From Tubulanus polymorphus (taxonomy: Eukaryota; Animalia; Nemertea), in assembly GCF_964204645.1 (NCBI RefSeq), contig NC_134032.1, forward strand, positions 7,490,275 to 7,554,274: a DNA stretch of 64,000 bases, written 5' to 3'. Under the pieces are notes generated by a model. That model searched no databases. It had not been told where the DNA came from and saw nothing but the letters and a program-made list of their open reading frames with translations. Every line of letters begins with the position of its first letter. Within the stretch, counting starts at the first letter, position 1. This document shows positions 1 to 11,469 of this stretch, piece by piece. Both the position numbers and the translations under genes were made by a program.

Positions 1-1
1 A

Positions 2-142
2 AATATCATTTATATCAAATCTATCAACATTAACACTTCCCATTTTGAATACTTTTTTTAATACCATTGAATAACCAACAGTTCCAACTGATAGTAATGC
101 GCCATTATATAATCCAGTTATTATCCACTTATTATCACTCAT
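2..142 (-). CDS. Partial small hydrophobic Polinton-associated protein (MSDNKWIITGLYNGALLSVGTVGYSMVLKKVFKM...), runs off the window
   Basis: Hand-translated open frame from a TAAATG start at 142; hydrophobic segment; same strand and packing as neighbouring ORFs. Confidence 0.6.
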   Translation of the reverse strand, partial: MSDNKWIITGLYNGALLSVGTVGYSMVLKKVFKMGSVNVDRFDINDI

Positions 143-218
143 TTATCTATCAAAAAAATTACTATCATCAAAATATTTAGTTATCTTATTTATGATTAAT
201 TCAAAATTTATTTCATTA

Positions 219-497
219 CTAGTTTTTTGTATATATTTCAATTATTATTTTTTTAATATCATCGATGATAAAATCTTCATCTAATTCATAAAATCTTAAA
301 GATTCTCTAATTAAATTAATAATCTTTTCTACATTTAAAGTTTCTTTATCTATTGTTGTTTCATACTCAAATGTTGTTTCATTAGAAAATGCAATATTTT
401 TGATATGTGTAATTACATCATTAATGTTAAATTTCATTTCTTTCTCACGTTTAAAATCAAACCCAAAACATATACTCGGTCCAACAGTTATATTCAT
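219..497 (-). CDS. Hypothetical protein of the Polinton-like cassette (92 aa)
   Basis: Intact ORF, TAAATG start, in the gene array; no recognisable motif. Confidence 0.5.
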   Translation of the reverse strand: MNITVGPSICFGFDFKREKEMKFNINDVITHIKNIAFSNETTFEYETTIDKETLNVEKIINLIRESLRFYELDEDFIIDDIKKIIIEIYTKN

Positions 498-513
498 TTA
501 TATAGGTGAAAAA

Positions 514-1263
514 TTACTCTTTACATCTTATAACTAATTCATAAATTACAGGAAAGTTATTCAAATCAATTAAGTATCCATTATGATTTCTAATTTCTAA
601 TCTAAAATTATAAGGAATACAAGGTTTGAAATCACATTCAGCTAAATTATAATTTATTTGCGTTCCAAATTGTTTAACATTTTTTAATGGTAAAATATTT
701 AATATACTAGAATTACAAATTGTATCTTTAGTTGCTTCGAAAGTTTTTGTAGGCTCGATTAAATTGCAATAAATATAAAAGTGTGTAAAAGGTATTATGT
801 TTGTATAAGTATCAATATTTGAATAATGTCTATCCGTAAGAATTCCAAACAGTTTAGCTAAAGGTTTTCTTACTAGAAATCTATGTTGTTCATTAGTTAA
901 CTTTATTCTTATTTTATTCGAACTATCACTTTTGATGAATTTAATTTCAAATCGAGCAGCTGAGCCCATTTTTAAACGAGCTCTTTTATTAATTTCTTGC
1001 GCTAATGTTTCTAAATTATATAATCCTGGTTTGAGATAAAGATGAAACCATTTATTCAAATTTCTATCATAAATCTTAAAAGCTAAATGATCAAGACTTT
1101 TATTCGATATATTATGAAAAGAATTACATAAACTTATATTAACTAATTTTAAATCTACACAATTCTTAAATTCTCTATCTAATTGTACTAATAAATTATG
1201 TGATTTATAATTTGTAAGTTTTCTAGAATCTACAAATATTCTGTATTCTTTTAATTCTACCAT
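514..1263 (-). CDS. Minor capsid (penton, single jelly-roll)-like protein
   Basis: Polinton minor-capsid-type pattern: IFVDSR..LVQLDREFKN..LKLVNISLCNSFHNI, PGLYNLETL, IYCNLIEP..ILNILPL, LEIRNHNGYLIDLNNFPVIYELVI. Confidence 0.7.
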   Translation of the reverse strand: MVELKEYRIFVDSRKLTNYKSHNLLVQLDREFKNCVDLKLVNISLCNSFHNISNKSLDHLAFKIYDRNLNKWFHLYLKPGLYNLETLAQEINKRARLKMGSAARFEIKFIKSDSSNKIRIKLTNEQHRFLVRKPLAKLFGILTDRHYSNIDTYTNIIPFTHFYIYCNLIEPTKTFEATKDTICNSSILNILPLKNVKQFGTQINYNLAECDFKPCIPYNFRLEIRNHNGYLIDLNNFPVIYELVIRCKE

Positions 1264-1280
1264 TTATTTTACATATTTTC

Positions 1281-1634
1281 TCATTCGAAATCTATTTCAT
1301 GGTGCCCCTTTTCATTCTTACCTTTGTATACGAAATAGAAATCTCCAGAACATAATTCTTCTAAATCTTCACTTGATAATCTATGAAATCTATCCGGTAA
1401 ATATGTTCTGAATTTATATGTATTTCCTTTTAATCCTTCATATTCTAAGTGTATAACTAATTTATCTCCATATTTGTTAGTAACTGTAACAATATTTGTA
1501 ATTAGATATTTCTTATGGATTGTTAATTCTGTAAACTTTTTGAATTTATAATCTACAGATTTTACATTTGTAGTATCTTTAATTCTATCAAGAAATAATT
1601 TGTTGTTCTCACTGTGCGCTTGTTTACTCTCCAT
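1281..1634 (-). CDS. Small Polinton-associated protein (117 aa), possibly an OB-fold-like nucleic-acid-binding protein
   Basis: Intact ORF directly downstream of pPolB; beta-rich pattern FKKFTELTIHKKYLI..NKYGDKLVIHLE..TYLPDRF; fold is inferred. Confidence 0.55.
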   Translation of the reverse strand: MESKQAHSENNKLFLDRIKDTTNVKSVDYKFKKFTELTIHKKYLITNIVTVTNKYGDKLVIHLEYEGLKGNTYKFRTYLPDRFHRLSSEDLEELCSGDFYFVYKGKNEKGHHEIDFE

Positions 1635-1663
1635 TTTAATAACATATTTTTATTAAAATTTGA

Positions 1664-4600
1664 TTAACACGTTAGAATTCTTTTCATTATCTCGTTCTCT
1701 TTTGTTTCTTCTCTTTTAAATTTTAAGTATTCATCTAAATTGCAACCATAAGCAACTGTATGAATTCCATCATCTAAAATATATCTTTTATCATCAAATG
1801 GGTTTAGACTTATCTTTTCAATTTCTTCAATAAACATTTCATGATCTTCAGATCTTAAACATCTCATCTTATGTTTTCTAACTTCTTCTTTGAGTATACA
1901 ATTGATGTAATCTTTGAAATGAATATTCTTTTCTGCTACACTTTTGGTTATTCCTTTTAACTTTTTACTTCATGTTCCTTAGTTTTATATGAATACATTT
2001 TAGATCTAATACCAATGAATTCAATCATTTCTTCACCGCCTAATTCATCTTTGAATTTACCGGGAACTTTTTTATTATCATTGTAAACAATTCATGATTT
2101 TTAGGATAGTTACTAAAATCAAAATGATGTTTTAATGTTTTTAAATCATCTGTTATGTTATCAGTTTTTATCTTTAATATGTAAGAATCAGTATCAAAAT
2201 ATAATATTTCTATATGTTTTTCTCCAAAAAGTGGTTGTAATATATTATAATAGAATTCATACATTAGTAATTTTGATAATTCTAAAACTGAAGCGCCAAC
2301 ATAGATTGGTTTATTAAATTTCATTGATGTTCTTCTCATCTTAACTGCGGCTAAATTTTCATCAAATATTCCGTTACCAATGAACTTAGGATATGTTTGT
2401 AAATGTCTAATTCTTTTACCATTACTGACTAACTCAATATCATTTCTATTTCTAATATTTTCACAAGTCTTACCATAGAATGCATTATTCATTAACTTGA
2501 AGAAATCTTTCTCGAAATCAGTTTTAGCTTCAGTTCTCTGTTTGGTGTTAAAATCTATATATTTTTCTAACCACTTACATTGACTAAATGAAATATATCT
2601 ATGTACTTTTTTTAGAACCATTCCTTGTTTTAGATAAAACTTTAACATTCTATAATGTATTACATAATTATATTTATCTTCTTGAGTTACCATTAACTTT
2701 TCTGTATGAATATGATTTTCGGGTTTAATTCTTTTTTGATAACTTGATAATTCTTTATGAGTTACAGTTTTATGTTCGGGACAGTATGCTAGATTTCTAG
2801 ATTTAAATTTAATATGTTCAGGATATTCTAAATCTACAACAAAGAAGTAACCAGTATCTGAATCATCTGCAATATCTAGAATTCTTTTCTTCCAATCAAA
2901 TTTATCATTATTTTCATTCTGTAAAACTTCACTTATTTCAAATACTCCATAAGGTTGTGGTTCCATCATTGCCCAACAATACAAATTATTTGCATCTATA
3001 TATAATAACTTATATCCGGGGTTATCATTTACATTGAAATATCTATCACCTAATACACCTGAAACTCCTCCTCTTATAGATTTTTCAAATAATAATAATT
3101 GATCTATATTTGTTAACAAATTCATTTTTATATCCGTAAATTTTAATCCACAATCCCATGTTAATCCTGGTGATGAATAACAATGACAAGGATCAATATT
3201 GAAATATTTTAGGTTTACATCTCTAAACCTTTCGAATATATCCGATAATAATAATACATCTGATTTTAAATATAAATCTACTAATTGCCCATGATTTTCT
3301 ATTTTGAAATGATTCCAAATATTCAATGTTCTATTATAGACTTCATCTTTAACATATTCATTTTTTAATTCATCATAGAATTGTTCTTTCAATAATTCAG
3401 TTATATTGAAATCATTATAATTATTTATAAAATGAATATGGAATTGCTCCTTTATATCTCATTAATTGAAAATCATCATTATTTTGATAATGTTGTTTTA
3501 ATATTTTTAATTCATCATCAACTAATGATTTTGATAAGTTATCTAATGAACTATTTAAAAATCTATATGAATCTATAAATCTTAGACACCCAAATTGGAA
3601 TGATATATAATTCTCAGATGTTTTAGCTAACATTCTAAATTTATAAATTGGTATTTTATCTTTTGATCTATTTGAATTTAATATTTCTATTTCATTATTG
3701 ATTTCTTCTATTTTATGGCATAACTGTTTGATGAATAAATGTGCATCATATCCTGATAGATTATGAAATATAACTGGTACAAAGTTAATTTTCTTAGCTT
3801 GTAAGTTACAATTCTCATGTGCAGCGCCTCTAAACTTTCCGTTCAAATGATCATGGTCTCTTACTTTTTTATCTTTATAATTAAATATCTTTTCACAATA
3901 ATAACATTTACCTGCAAACACAAATTCTTCTTTATCTTTTTCTGTCATTATAATTTCTATATTTGTATTCAATAATTTACTAAATCTTATTTCATATTCA
4001 ATTAATAAATCACAAAAATGATTGATAACATTTTCATTTCTATAATGATAATATTCACTTTCAATTAGTTCTGGATAATCAGATTTAATATATAACCCGA
4101 AAGCTGCGGCTGATTGATGAATCTTTTTAATAGTATTTGTTTTTGGTGGTTCATCTGAAAAATCATTTTCATTAGAATTTAATTTCTTTCTTTTATAATA
4201 TATTTCTTTTCTATCTTGATCAGTTAATTCTTTATTTAATGATTCAAAATCTCCATATATTACAAATGGTACTTTATTTTTGTAATCATATTTTTTGAAT
4301 TCTAATATTTTATCTTTTTCATTTGGTAAAACTAATTTACAATAATCATGATTTTCACATAATTGTTTATGATTTAATAATGTACTTTCATTACTGAATC
4401 TATGTAAACATTTTCTACAAAGATATATTTTATGGTGATCATTTTCTGATTTAAAAAATAAATCGATTTGTTTAATCCACATATAATGATTCTCATAATA
4501 TAGTATATCTATAACATCGTTTGAATCATAATCTTTTGATAGGTATAAATGTTCTAATGTATAATGTTTTATATTGTTACCTTTTGTATTTGGTAATTTG

Positions 4601-5694
4601 ATTAAATCAAATACATTTATCTTTATATTATTATCGCTTTCTATTTTTGGGACGTTTTTAATTCTAATAGGATACTTATCTATCTTATAATTATTTTCAA
4701 ATGGTTTATAATGAGTTAATCTACAAATATTATAAGTTGCAGGATGTAAACAACTTATTATAGCCCATAGAAAACATTTATCATCTTCATTTTGTACATT
4801 TATTACAGCATTAGTTTTAAATGGTAGTTTAATATAACTTGATGCTTCAATATCTGGTTCTTTATAATATGATACATTATTTTCATCAATTGGTTTTGAT
4901 TTAGTTAACTTATTATATTTTGTGTTATAAACATGTAAAGTCATAAATATTATTTCATCAAATATTAAACCAGATCCTTCAAAATATTTCTCTTCTATTT
5001 TAGTTTTTACTTCATTATAATATTTATCTAATTTATCATCTATATGTTGTTTAGATGTAATATGTTGTGAATGAGAATTTATATTATATATTGGTTTATC
5101 TTCAGATTTTATAAACTTTACTTTAGAAGATATACTAATTTTAGGATATTCAACATCAGTTATTATTTTTATTATTTCTTTCATATTTTCTAAATGTTTT
5201 TTATTTTCTTCTAATGTTTTTCCTTTATGAAATTTAAACTCGATAGCTGCTGGACCAATAGCACTTTTAAATGCTTCGGTTATCTCAATATCTTTTTTAT
5301 TATCTAATGAATTAATATATTTTCTTACATCTTCCATGTATGGTCTTTTATTGTTTAATTTATTTTTTATGCTTTTAATTGTCTTCTGTTTCTTATCATT
5401 ATCTTTATCAAAATAATCTTCACCTAAAATCTCATTATTCTTATTTCTAATATGACTTTTAGATTTTAAATGTTCATTATAATATCTTTTATCACTGAAT
5501 GATTGATTACATGTATCACATTTGTATGTTTCTTTTTCATTCTTTAATTCATCTAATTTAGTTTCTAATATATCATCTTCATATTCTAGTTTCAATTTAT
5601 TCTCTAAATGTGTTTTAGTTTTATTGTGTCTTGCTTTTTGGGATTTATCTATATTGATATTACATGTTGGGCAGTAGTACTTATTTGCTTCCAT
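1664..5694 (-). pseudogene. Protein-primed family B DNA polymerase (pPolB), disrupted
   Basis: Exo motifs VIYGDFES, FHNLSGYD, DSYRFL; Pol motifs YIDANNLY, KLMNNAFYGK, YFDTDS, KVPGKFKDE, KLKGI, PFDDKRY. ORFs 3421-5694, 2040-3392 and 1664-1867 join via frameshifts near 3420 and 2085 and one in-frame TGA near 1971. Confidence 0.95.
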
Positions 5695-5774
5695 TTTAAT
5701 ACTAAATTTTTTATTAAAATTGATTTTAGAAGTTCAATGATTTAAATGTTATTCATTTATATGAATATTTTAAG

Positions 5775-6177
5775 AGTAATAGGGGTAATGGGCTTTCGGG
5801 TTAAAGGTTGAATGGTCGAGTTCATTAAAAACATATATTAAAAGTAATTTAAAACTATAATATATTTTCATAACCGTGTGTATTTCAGTTGAATAATAGA
5901 ATAATTATTATTATTTGAATATATTTGATTATATGAATGTGTGTATTGTAAATAAATCAATTGGTCGCGGAGCGGAGCGGTAGCGAAGTGGAGCGACCAA
6001 TTGATTTAATACAATATGCTTTTTAAATTATTGATATCTTAGAATAAATATTTAGTTATAATATAAAATACGCACGGTTATGAAAATATATTATAGTTTT
6101 AAATTACTTTTAATGTTTTGTTTTTAATGAGCTCGACCGTTCGACCTTTGATCTGAAAGCCCATTACCCCTATTACT
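5775..6177. repeat. ~400-bp imperfect palindrome/hairpin at the element boundary
   Basis: Outer arms 5775-5885 / 6066-6177; inner arms around TAAATCAATTGGTCGC / GCGACCAATTGATTTA; GC-rich apex. Confidence 0.95.
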
Positions 6178-7940
6178 AGTATCACGTCTCTCGTATAGTT
6201 AATGCCGAGATAAAAGACAAGAGGTAAATATTGTACCTTAGTAGAAATCGCGCCAGTTTGTTGAATTTTTCGAACTTTTGTTGATAATATACAATCTTTG
6301 GTTTCAGAAGGCCGGAATTCAGGAGACATTTGGACTTGATTAACAAAGACCACGAAAGTGCCGAAAAAGAACTGAAAGGATATGGCTATGGGCTTTTAAC
6401 TGATGAGGTAAGCATTGATAACAGAAAATATGAAATGCTTACAAATAAATGAGCTTTCTTTCGATCATCGTAATAATCAATATTTTAAAGGGCCATGAAT
6501 ATCTCTATGGTGTAATGAAATCATACGTCAGCCCTACCTTTGCGGACAAATCGTAAGTATATACATGAATCAGACGTGAAGTTTTTTTACTATATTTCGA
6601 AATGATAATCAATTCATTTCAATTACAGGAAACCATATTCAACTCGCTACATGACCCTCCGACAACATCATTCTAAAATACTGAATTCAGTATTTAAAGA
6701 AGGAAAGACGTAAGTTCATTCTCATCTTCTATTGCTAATTTCTTAAAAGAATTTCATCCATGTTATATTCATTGTATTAAGATATTTTTCAGGTCAGCAG
6801 TAACGTATGTTAATGACGTTTTGCTTTAAGAGGCCATTTGTTTATTGGTGTCAACCTATCGAAATATCACATACAACGAGGCTGATATTCTTGGAAGAAG
6901 AACAGAGGCCAAAAAACTAAAAGATGTACAACGACTAATGTCCAAATACTTCTTGCCAGATTATTGAAGAGTGAAGCAGTTTTCGATTCTTAAATGGGAG
7001 CTTTTGTAGATTGGTTATCCCGTAATGATTGTATTCTATGGAATAAGTTTTCTTGTTGCGATAAATTTTTGGATTGCTAGAGATGGTCTTTGCTGAATTT
7101 TGGTAATGGTTTTAATAGGAACCAGATTGTGACATGGATGTTTGAATTGTTGAAATGCTGTCCAGTATTCTAATAGATGTGTGTAGTAGCCTATAGAAGT
7201 TGTTTGCAATGATGTTTCAGAAGTTATGAATGATGGTTGAAAGATTCCAGCCGGGGCCGAGATGGTTTTGTAAATTGTAGTTAATCAGTGGATCGTTTTA
7301 TCTGCATGGTTTGTTGTCGATGTCTTATGCTGTGTACTACTTCGTGTTAGATATTATTTTTGTATTGGGCGTTTTCTGTCATCCAATATGAAATTGATAA
7401 TTTTTGGTTCAAATTATAATACATCTATCCGGAATTGGGAAATATTGCGGGAGAGTAAAAGGGGAAATATGAAAGAATTGATGATAACCTTTTTTACCGT
7501 GTAAAGTTATAATTAATAATTAAATGATAAGTAATAATTTAGTTTGGCGACAAAGATTAAGTAATCTAAAATGCTAAATTGATTTCGAATTCCAACGTAT
7601 GTTGTTTATGTTCAAAGTCTTCGAATGTAATATGGTTTACAGATTTTGATAAATAAATAACTGAACATAATTTCACATATATACGATTTGTTTTATGTTT
7701 TAAGGGGACATAGCCAATTTGGCTTTTAGTACGTACATCCAGCCATCATTGTACGCATATTGTTGAAATAATAATTTCTTGTTGTAATTATTATATATGG
7801 CAAAAATACATTATCATTATGAACATGGGACTCAACATTGACAAAGTAGACAATTTCATTAGGTCTACCAATCGTAGAACAGTGGATCCAGCCAACGGAC
7901 GGCGAAGGACTCAAGTAACTAAATCGGGGCCGGGTAGAAA

Positions 7941-9350
7941 CCTGTCCTCTCACGGGACAGTATTTAGAATTGGGTTCCTTCACGGGACAGTATTCAAGAT
8001 CGGGTCCTCTCACGGCACAGTATTTAAAATTGGGTTCCTTCACGGGACAGTATTCAAAATCGGGTCCTCTCACGGGACAGTATTTAAAATAGGGTCCTCT
8101 AACGGGACAGTATTTAAAATCGGGTCCTCTCACGGGACAGTGTGTTGAATCGGGCCCGCTCACGTGACATTATTTGAAACCAGGTCCTCTCACGGGACAG
8201 CAAGTTGATTCGGGTCCTCTCACGGGACATTATTTAAAATCGAGTCCTCTCACGGGACAGTGTGTTGAATCGGGCCCTCTCACGGGACAGTGTGTTGAAT
8301 CGGGTCCTCTCACGGGACAGTGTGTTGAATCGGGTCCTCTCACGGGACAGTATTTAAAATCGGGTCCTCTCACGGGACAGTGTGATGAACCGGGTCCTCT
8401 CACGGGACAGTAAGTTGATTCGGGTCCTCTCACGGGACAGTGTGTTGAATCGGGTCCTCTCACGTGACATTATTTGAAACCAGGTCCTCTCGCGGAACAG
8501 TAAGTTGATTCGGGTCCTCTCACGGGACAGTGTGTTGAATCGGGTCCTCTCACGTGACATTATTTGAAACCAGGTCCTCTCGCGGAACAGTAAGTTGATT
8601 CGGGTCCTCTCACGGGACAGTGTGTTGAATCGAGTCCTCTCACGTGACATTATTTGAAACCAGGTCCTCTCGCGGAACAGTAAGTTGATTCGGGTCCTCT
8701 CACGGGACATTATTTAAAATCGGGTCCTCTCACGGGACAGTGTGTTGAATCGGGCCCTCTCACGGGACAGTGTGTTGAATCGGGTCCTCTCACGGGACAG
8801 TGTGTTGAATCGGGTCCTCTCACGGGACAGTAAGTTGATTTGGGTCCTCTCACGGGACATTATTTAAAATCGGGTCCTCTCACGGGACAGTAAGTTGATT
8901 CGGGTCCACTCACGGGACATTATTTAAAATCGGGTCCTCTCACGGGACAGTGTGTTGAATCGGGTCCTCTCACGGGACAATGTGTTGAATCGGGTCCTCT
9001 CACGGGACAGTAAGTTGATTTGGGTCCTCTCACGGGACATTATTTAAAATCGGGTCCTCTCATGGGACAGTAAGTGTTTTCGGGTCCTCTCACGGGACAT
9101 TATTTAAAATCGGGTCCTCTCACGGGACAGTGTGTTGAATCGGGACCTCTCACGGGACAGTATTTAAAATCGGGTCCTCTCACGGGACATTATTTAAAAT
9201 CGGGTCCTCTCACAGGACAGTGTGTTGAATCGGGTCCTCTCACGGGACAGCCAGTTGATTCGGGTCCTCTCACGGGACATTATTTAAAATCGGGTCCTCT
9301 CACGGGACATTGTGTTGAATCGGGACCTCTCACGGGACGGTAACTTGAAT
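7941..9350 (+). repeat. 30-bp tandem array (~47 units), consensus CGGGTCCTCTCACGGGACAG + variable 10 bp
   Basis: Exact 30-bp periodicity over 1.4 kb. Confidence 0.98.
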
Positions 9351-9628
9351 CGCAGGTTCCGTTGTAAAATCCTGCGTGAAAAAACGTGCATTCATATCCC
9401 CTATTGTCCCCCTGGCCCTTTATGTATTTATAAATGAAATCAAAATGGAAAATGTAATAATTACAATCGATAGTTGAATTTATTTATTCATAATCGTTAT
9501 AGGCAGAATACATAAGAATATTGGGACTCGAAACCGCTAGCATTGGAATCGACGTTTCATGAAAGAATTCTACATTTGTTCCGTGAGAGGGCCCGGGTCC
9601 TCTCACGGGACGCTGCAGTTTAACTCAT

Positions 9629-10400
9629 ATGAAATTGGTTGATCATGAATACAAGAATAAAGATGGCGTGATAGAGACTACGAAGAAAACTGAAAAGGTC
9701 AAGGTCGATGGAAAACTGGATAAACTGGTTGACATATTCCAAGAAAATTTAGGTCGAAAGTTTTGTCGGCACGTCTTTAACATCAGGCATCAGTACAAAA
9801 CACTGAAAGAGAAAAGGTTTACTTTAGACGAAACTGAATGTCAAATACATATACACTTTAGTGAAAACTATAGCTTAAAATACCATGAGGCAATCCAATC
9901 TACTCATTTTGGAGCATCGAATGCACAGGTAACGCTCCATACTGGCTTAGTTTACACAAAAGAAGAAACAATCTGATTTGCATCTATATCGTATGTGTAG
10001 GCGCCATGACCCATCAGCAATTTGGGCGCACCTATAACCAACTTCGACTACTTATCCCAAACTTTTCCAGGTACCAACAGAGCATATTTTGTATCTGATG
10101 AACCTACAATTCAGTATAAATGCAAGTCAAATTTTTCCTTCTGTCCACTAAACCATATAATTGGAATATGGCCTATGTAAATTGGTCATTTTTAGAAGCG
10201 GGCCATGGAAAGGGGGCTGCCGATTGGATCGGAGGTACCCTCAAGAGAACAGCCGACCGGCTAGTTTCACAAGGGAACAACATTCCTGATAGTAAGACAT
10301 TATTTGAATTGTTGTCGGCGCACAGAAATGTTAAATTATTTTATGTGACCGAGGAGCAGGTGTAGTCATTAGACAGAGATTTAGATAACATCAATTTAAG
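9629..10400 (+). pseudogene. Degenerate DNA transposase, Sola2-like (tentative)
   Basis: Motifs HFSENY, QSTHFG..QVTLHTG, HDPSAIWAHL, SDEPTIQYK, FLEAGHGKGAADWIGGTLKR across broken frames. Confidence 0.7.
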
Positions 10401-11469
10401 ATCAATCCCTGGTTTATGATCCTTTACTCATTGGTAAGTACTGCATTAGTTGAATACGATAAAAAAAACATTTCCGTCCATCATAGAGTTGCTGATGAAG
10501 AGTCAGTCAGGGTAAGCTGCATGCATAAAATTGGTCAAAATAGGTACTGTTGGCCACCAAAGGCTGATAATGATGTTTGGTATGATTATGATGACATAGT
10601 TACTTTAATACCACCACCAGAACCTGTAACAGAAAGGCATTTCCAAGTGAAGCCTGACAATTGGCGGGAGGTTATGACACGATACGAAGAATGGACACGC
10701 TGAAATACAAAAATAACTGACAAATATAGATGCATAGCAGCGATAACGGGTTTCTGCCTAATTGATTCATATGTCGAACTGGGAAGCGTACGAAGATTTC
10801 ATCGAAATAATTCTAGCCCATAACATATGACTGTTGCCAAGAAGCGAAACCTGGGTCAACATTATGCTGGATATGTGGATATTAGGAGTCCATTTGTCAA
10901 AGCATCGAAGCAATCGGTTTATTGCGTCATACCGGTTTTACCGTAGTGTGAACAAATGTGACAGAACGAAAACGCAGAAATTTCCTTATTCGGCCACGTT
11001 GGAAAAGTCGGTTTGATGTTGCAAACGCTCGCAAAGCGGTTTCCTGAACAAAGACGAATTTCCTACAAACCAAAACCGATTTCAAACCTAGCCTTTTGGG
11101 ACTTCGGTGCAGTATTGGACAGGCAACCAGTCTAACCGTCCAATCAGACATACACGCGAGACTCAACTCACATTCAATGAACGGGTTCCGGGCCGCATCC
11201 CCCAAATGACGATTCGTTCGCCACACACGTGTTCGGGAGGATGCGAAAGCGATAAATGACAAAAATGGTCTACGGCGACGGAATAGTGGTTTGAATGGTG
11301 TTTAGAGATAATTACAATAACTGAAGTTGTCGCCCAAACCAGTTTTATCATTAGGTTAACATTCCAAAATCTAGATCCGGGTTTCGGATATGGAAGATTG
11401 ACAATCGAGGATTTGGACAAGTTTAGTGAAATGATGACTTAAACAAACTTTCAAATTAGCGATTTTAGA

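Larger units (their letters stand above)
1..6177 (-). mobile_element. Polinton/Maverick (adintovirus)-like endogenous element, right part; continues off the left edge
   Basis: Very AT-rich, intronless, tightly packed co-oriented ORFs including a protein-primed PolB and a minor-capsid-like ORF; bounded on the right by a long palindrome ending ATTACT (5'-AGT on the minus strand). No integrase, ATPase or major capsid gene is inside the window. Confidence 0.88.

Noticed and set aside
6099-6353. 84-aa minus-strand ORF reading into the hairpin
   Set aside because: GTG start, crosses the element boundary, no motif.
7726-9343. Repetitive ORFs (SGPLTGQ / CPVRGPD)
   Set aside because: Artefacts of translating a 30-bp tandem repeat; open on both strands.
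7941-9350. CRISPR-like appearance (constant repeat plus variable spacer)
   Set aside because: Spacers are only 10 bp and recur from a set of about four; no cas genes; eukaryotic context.
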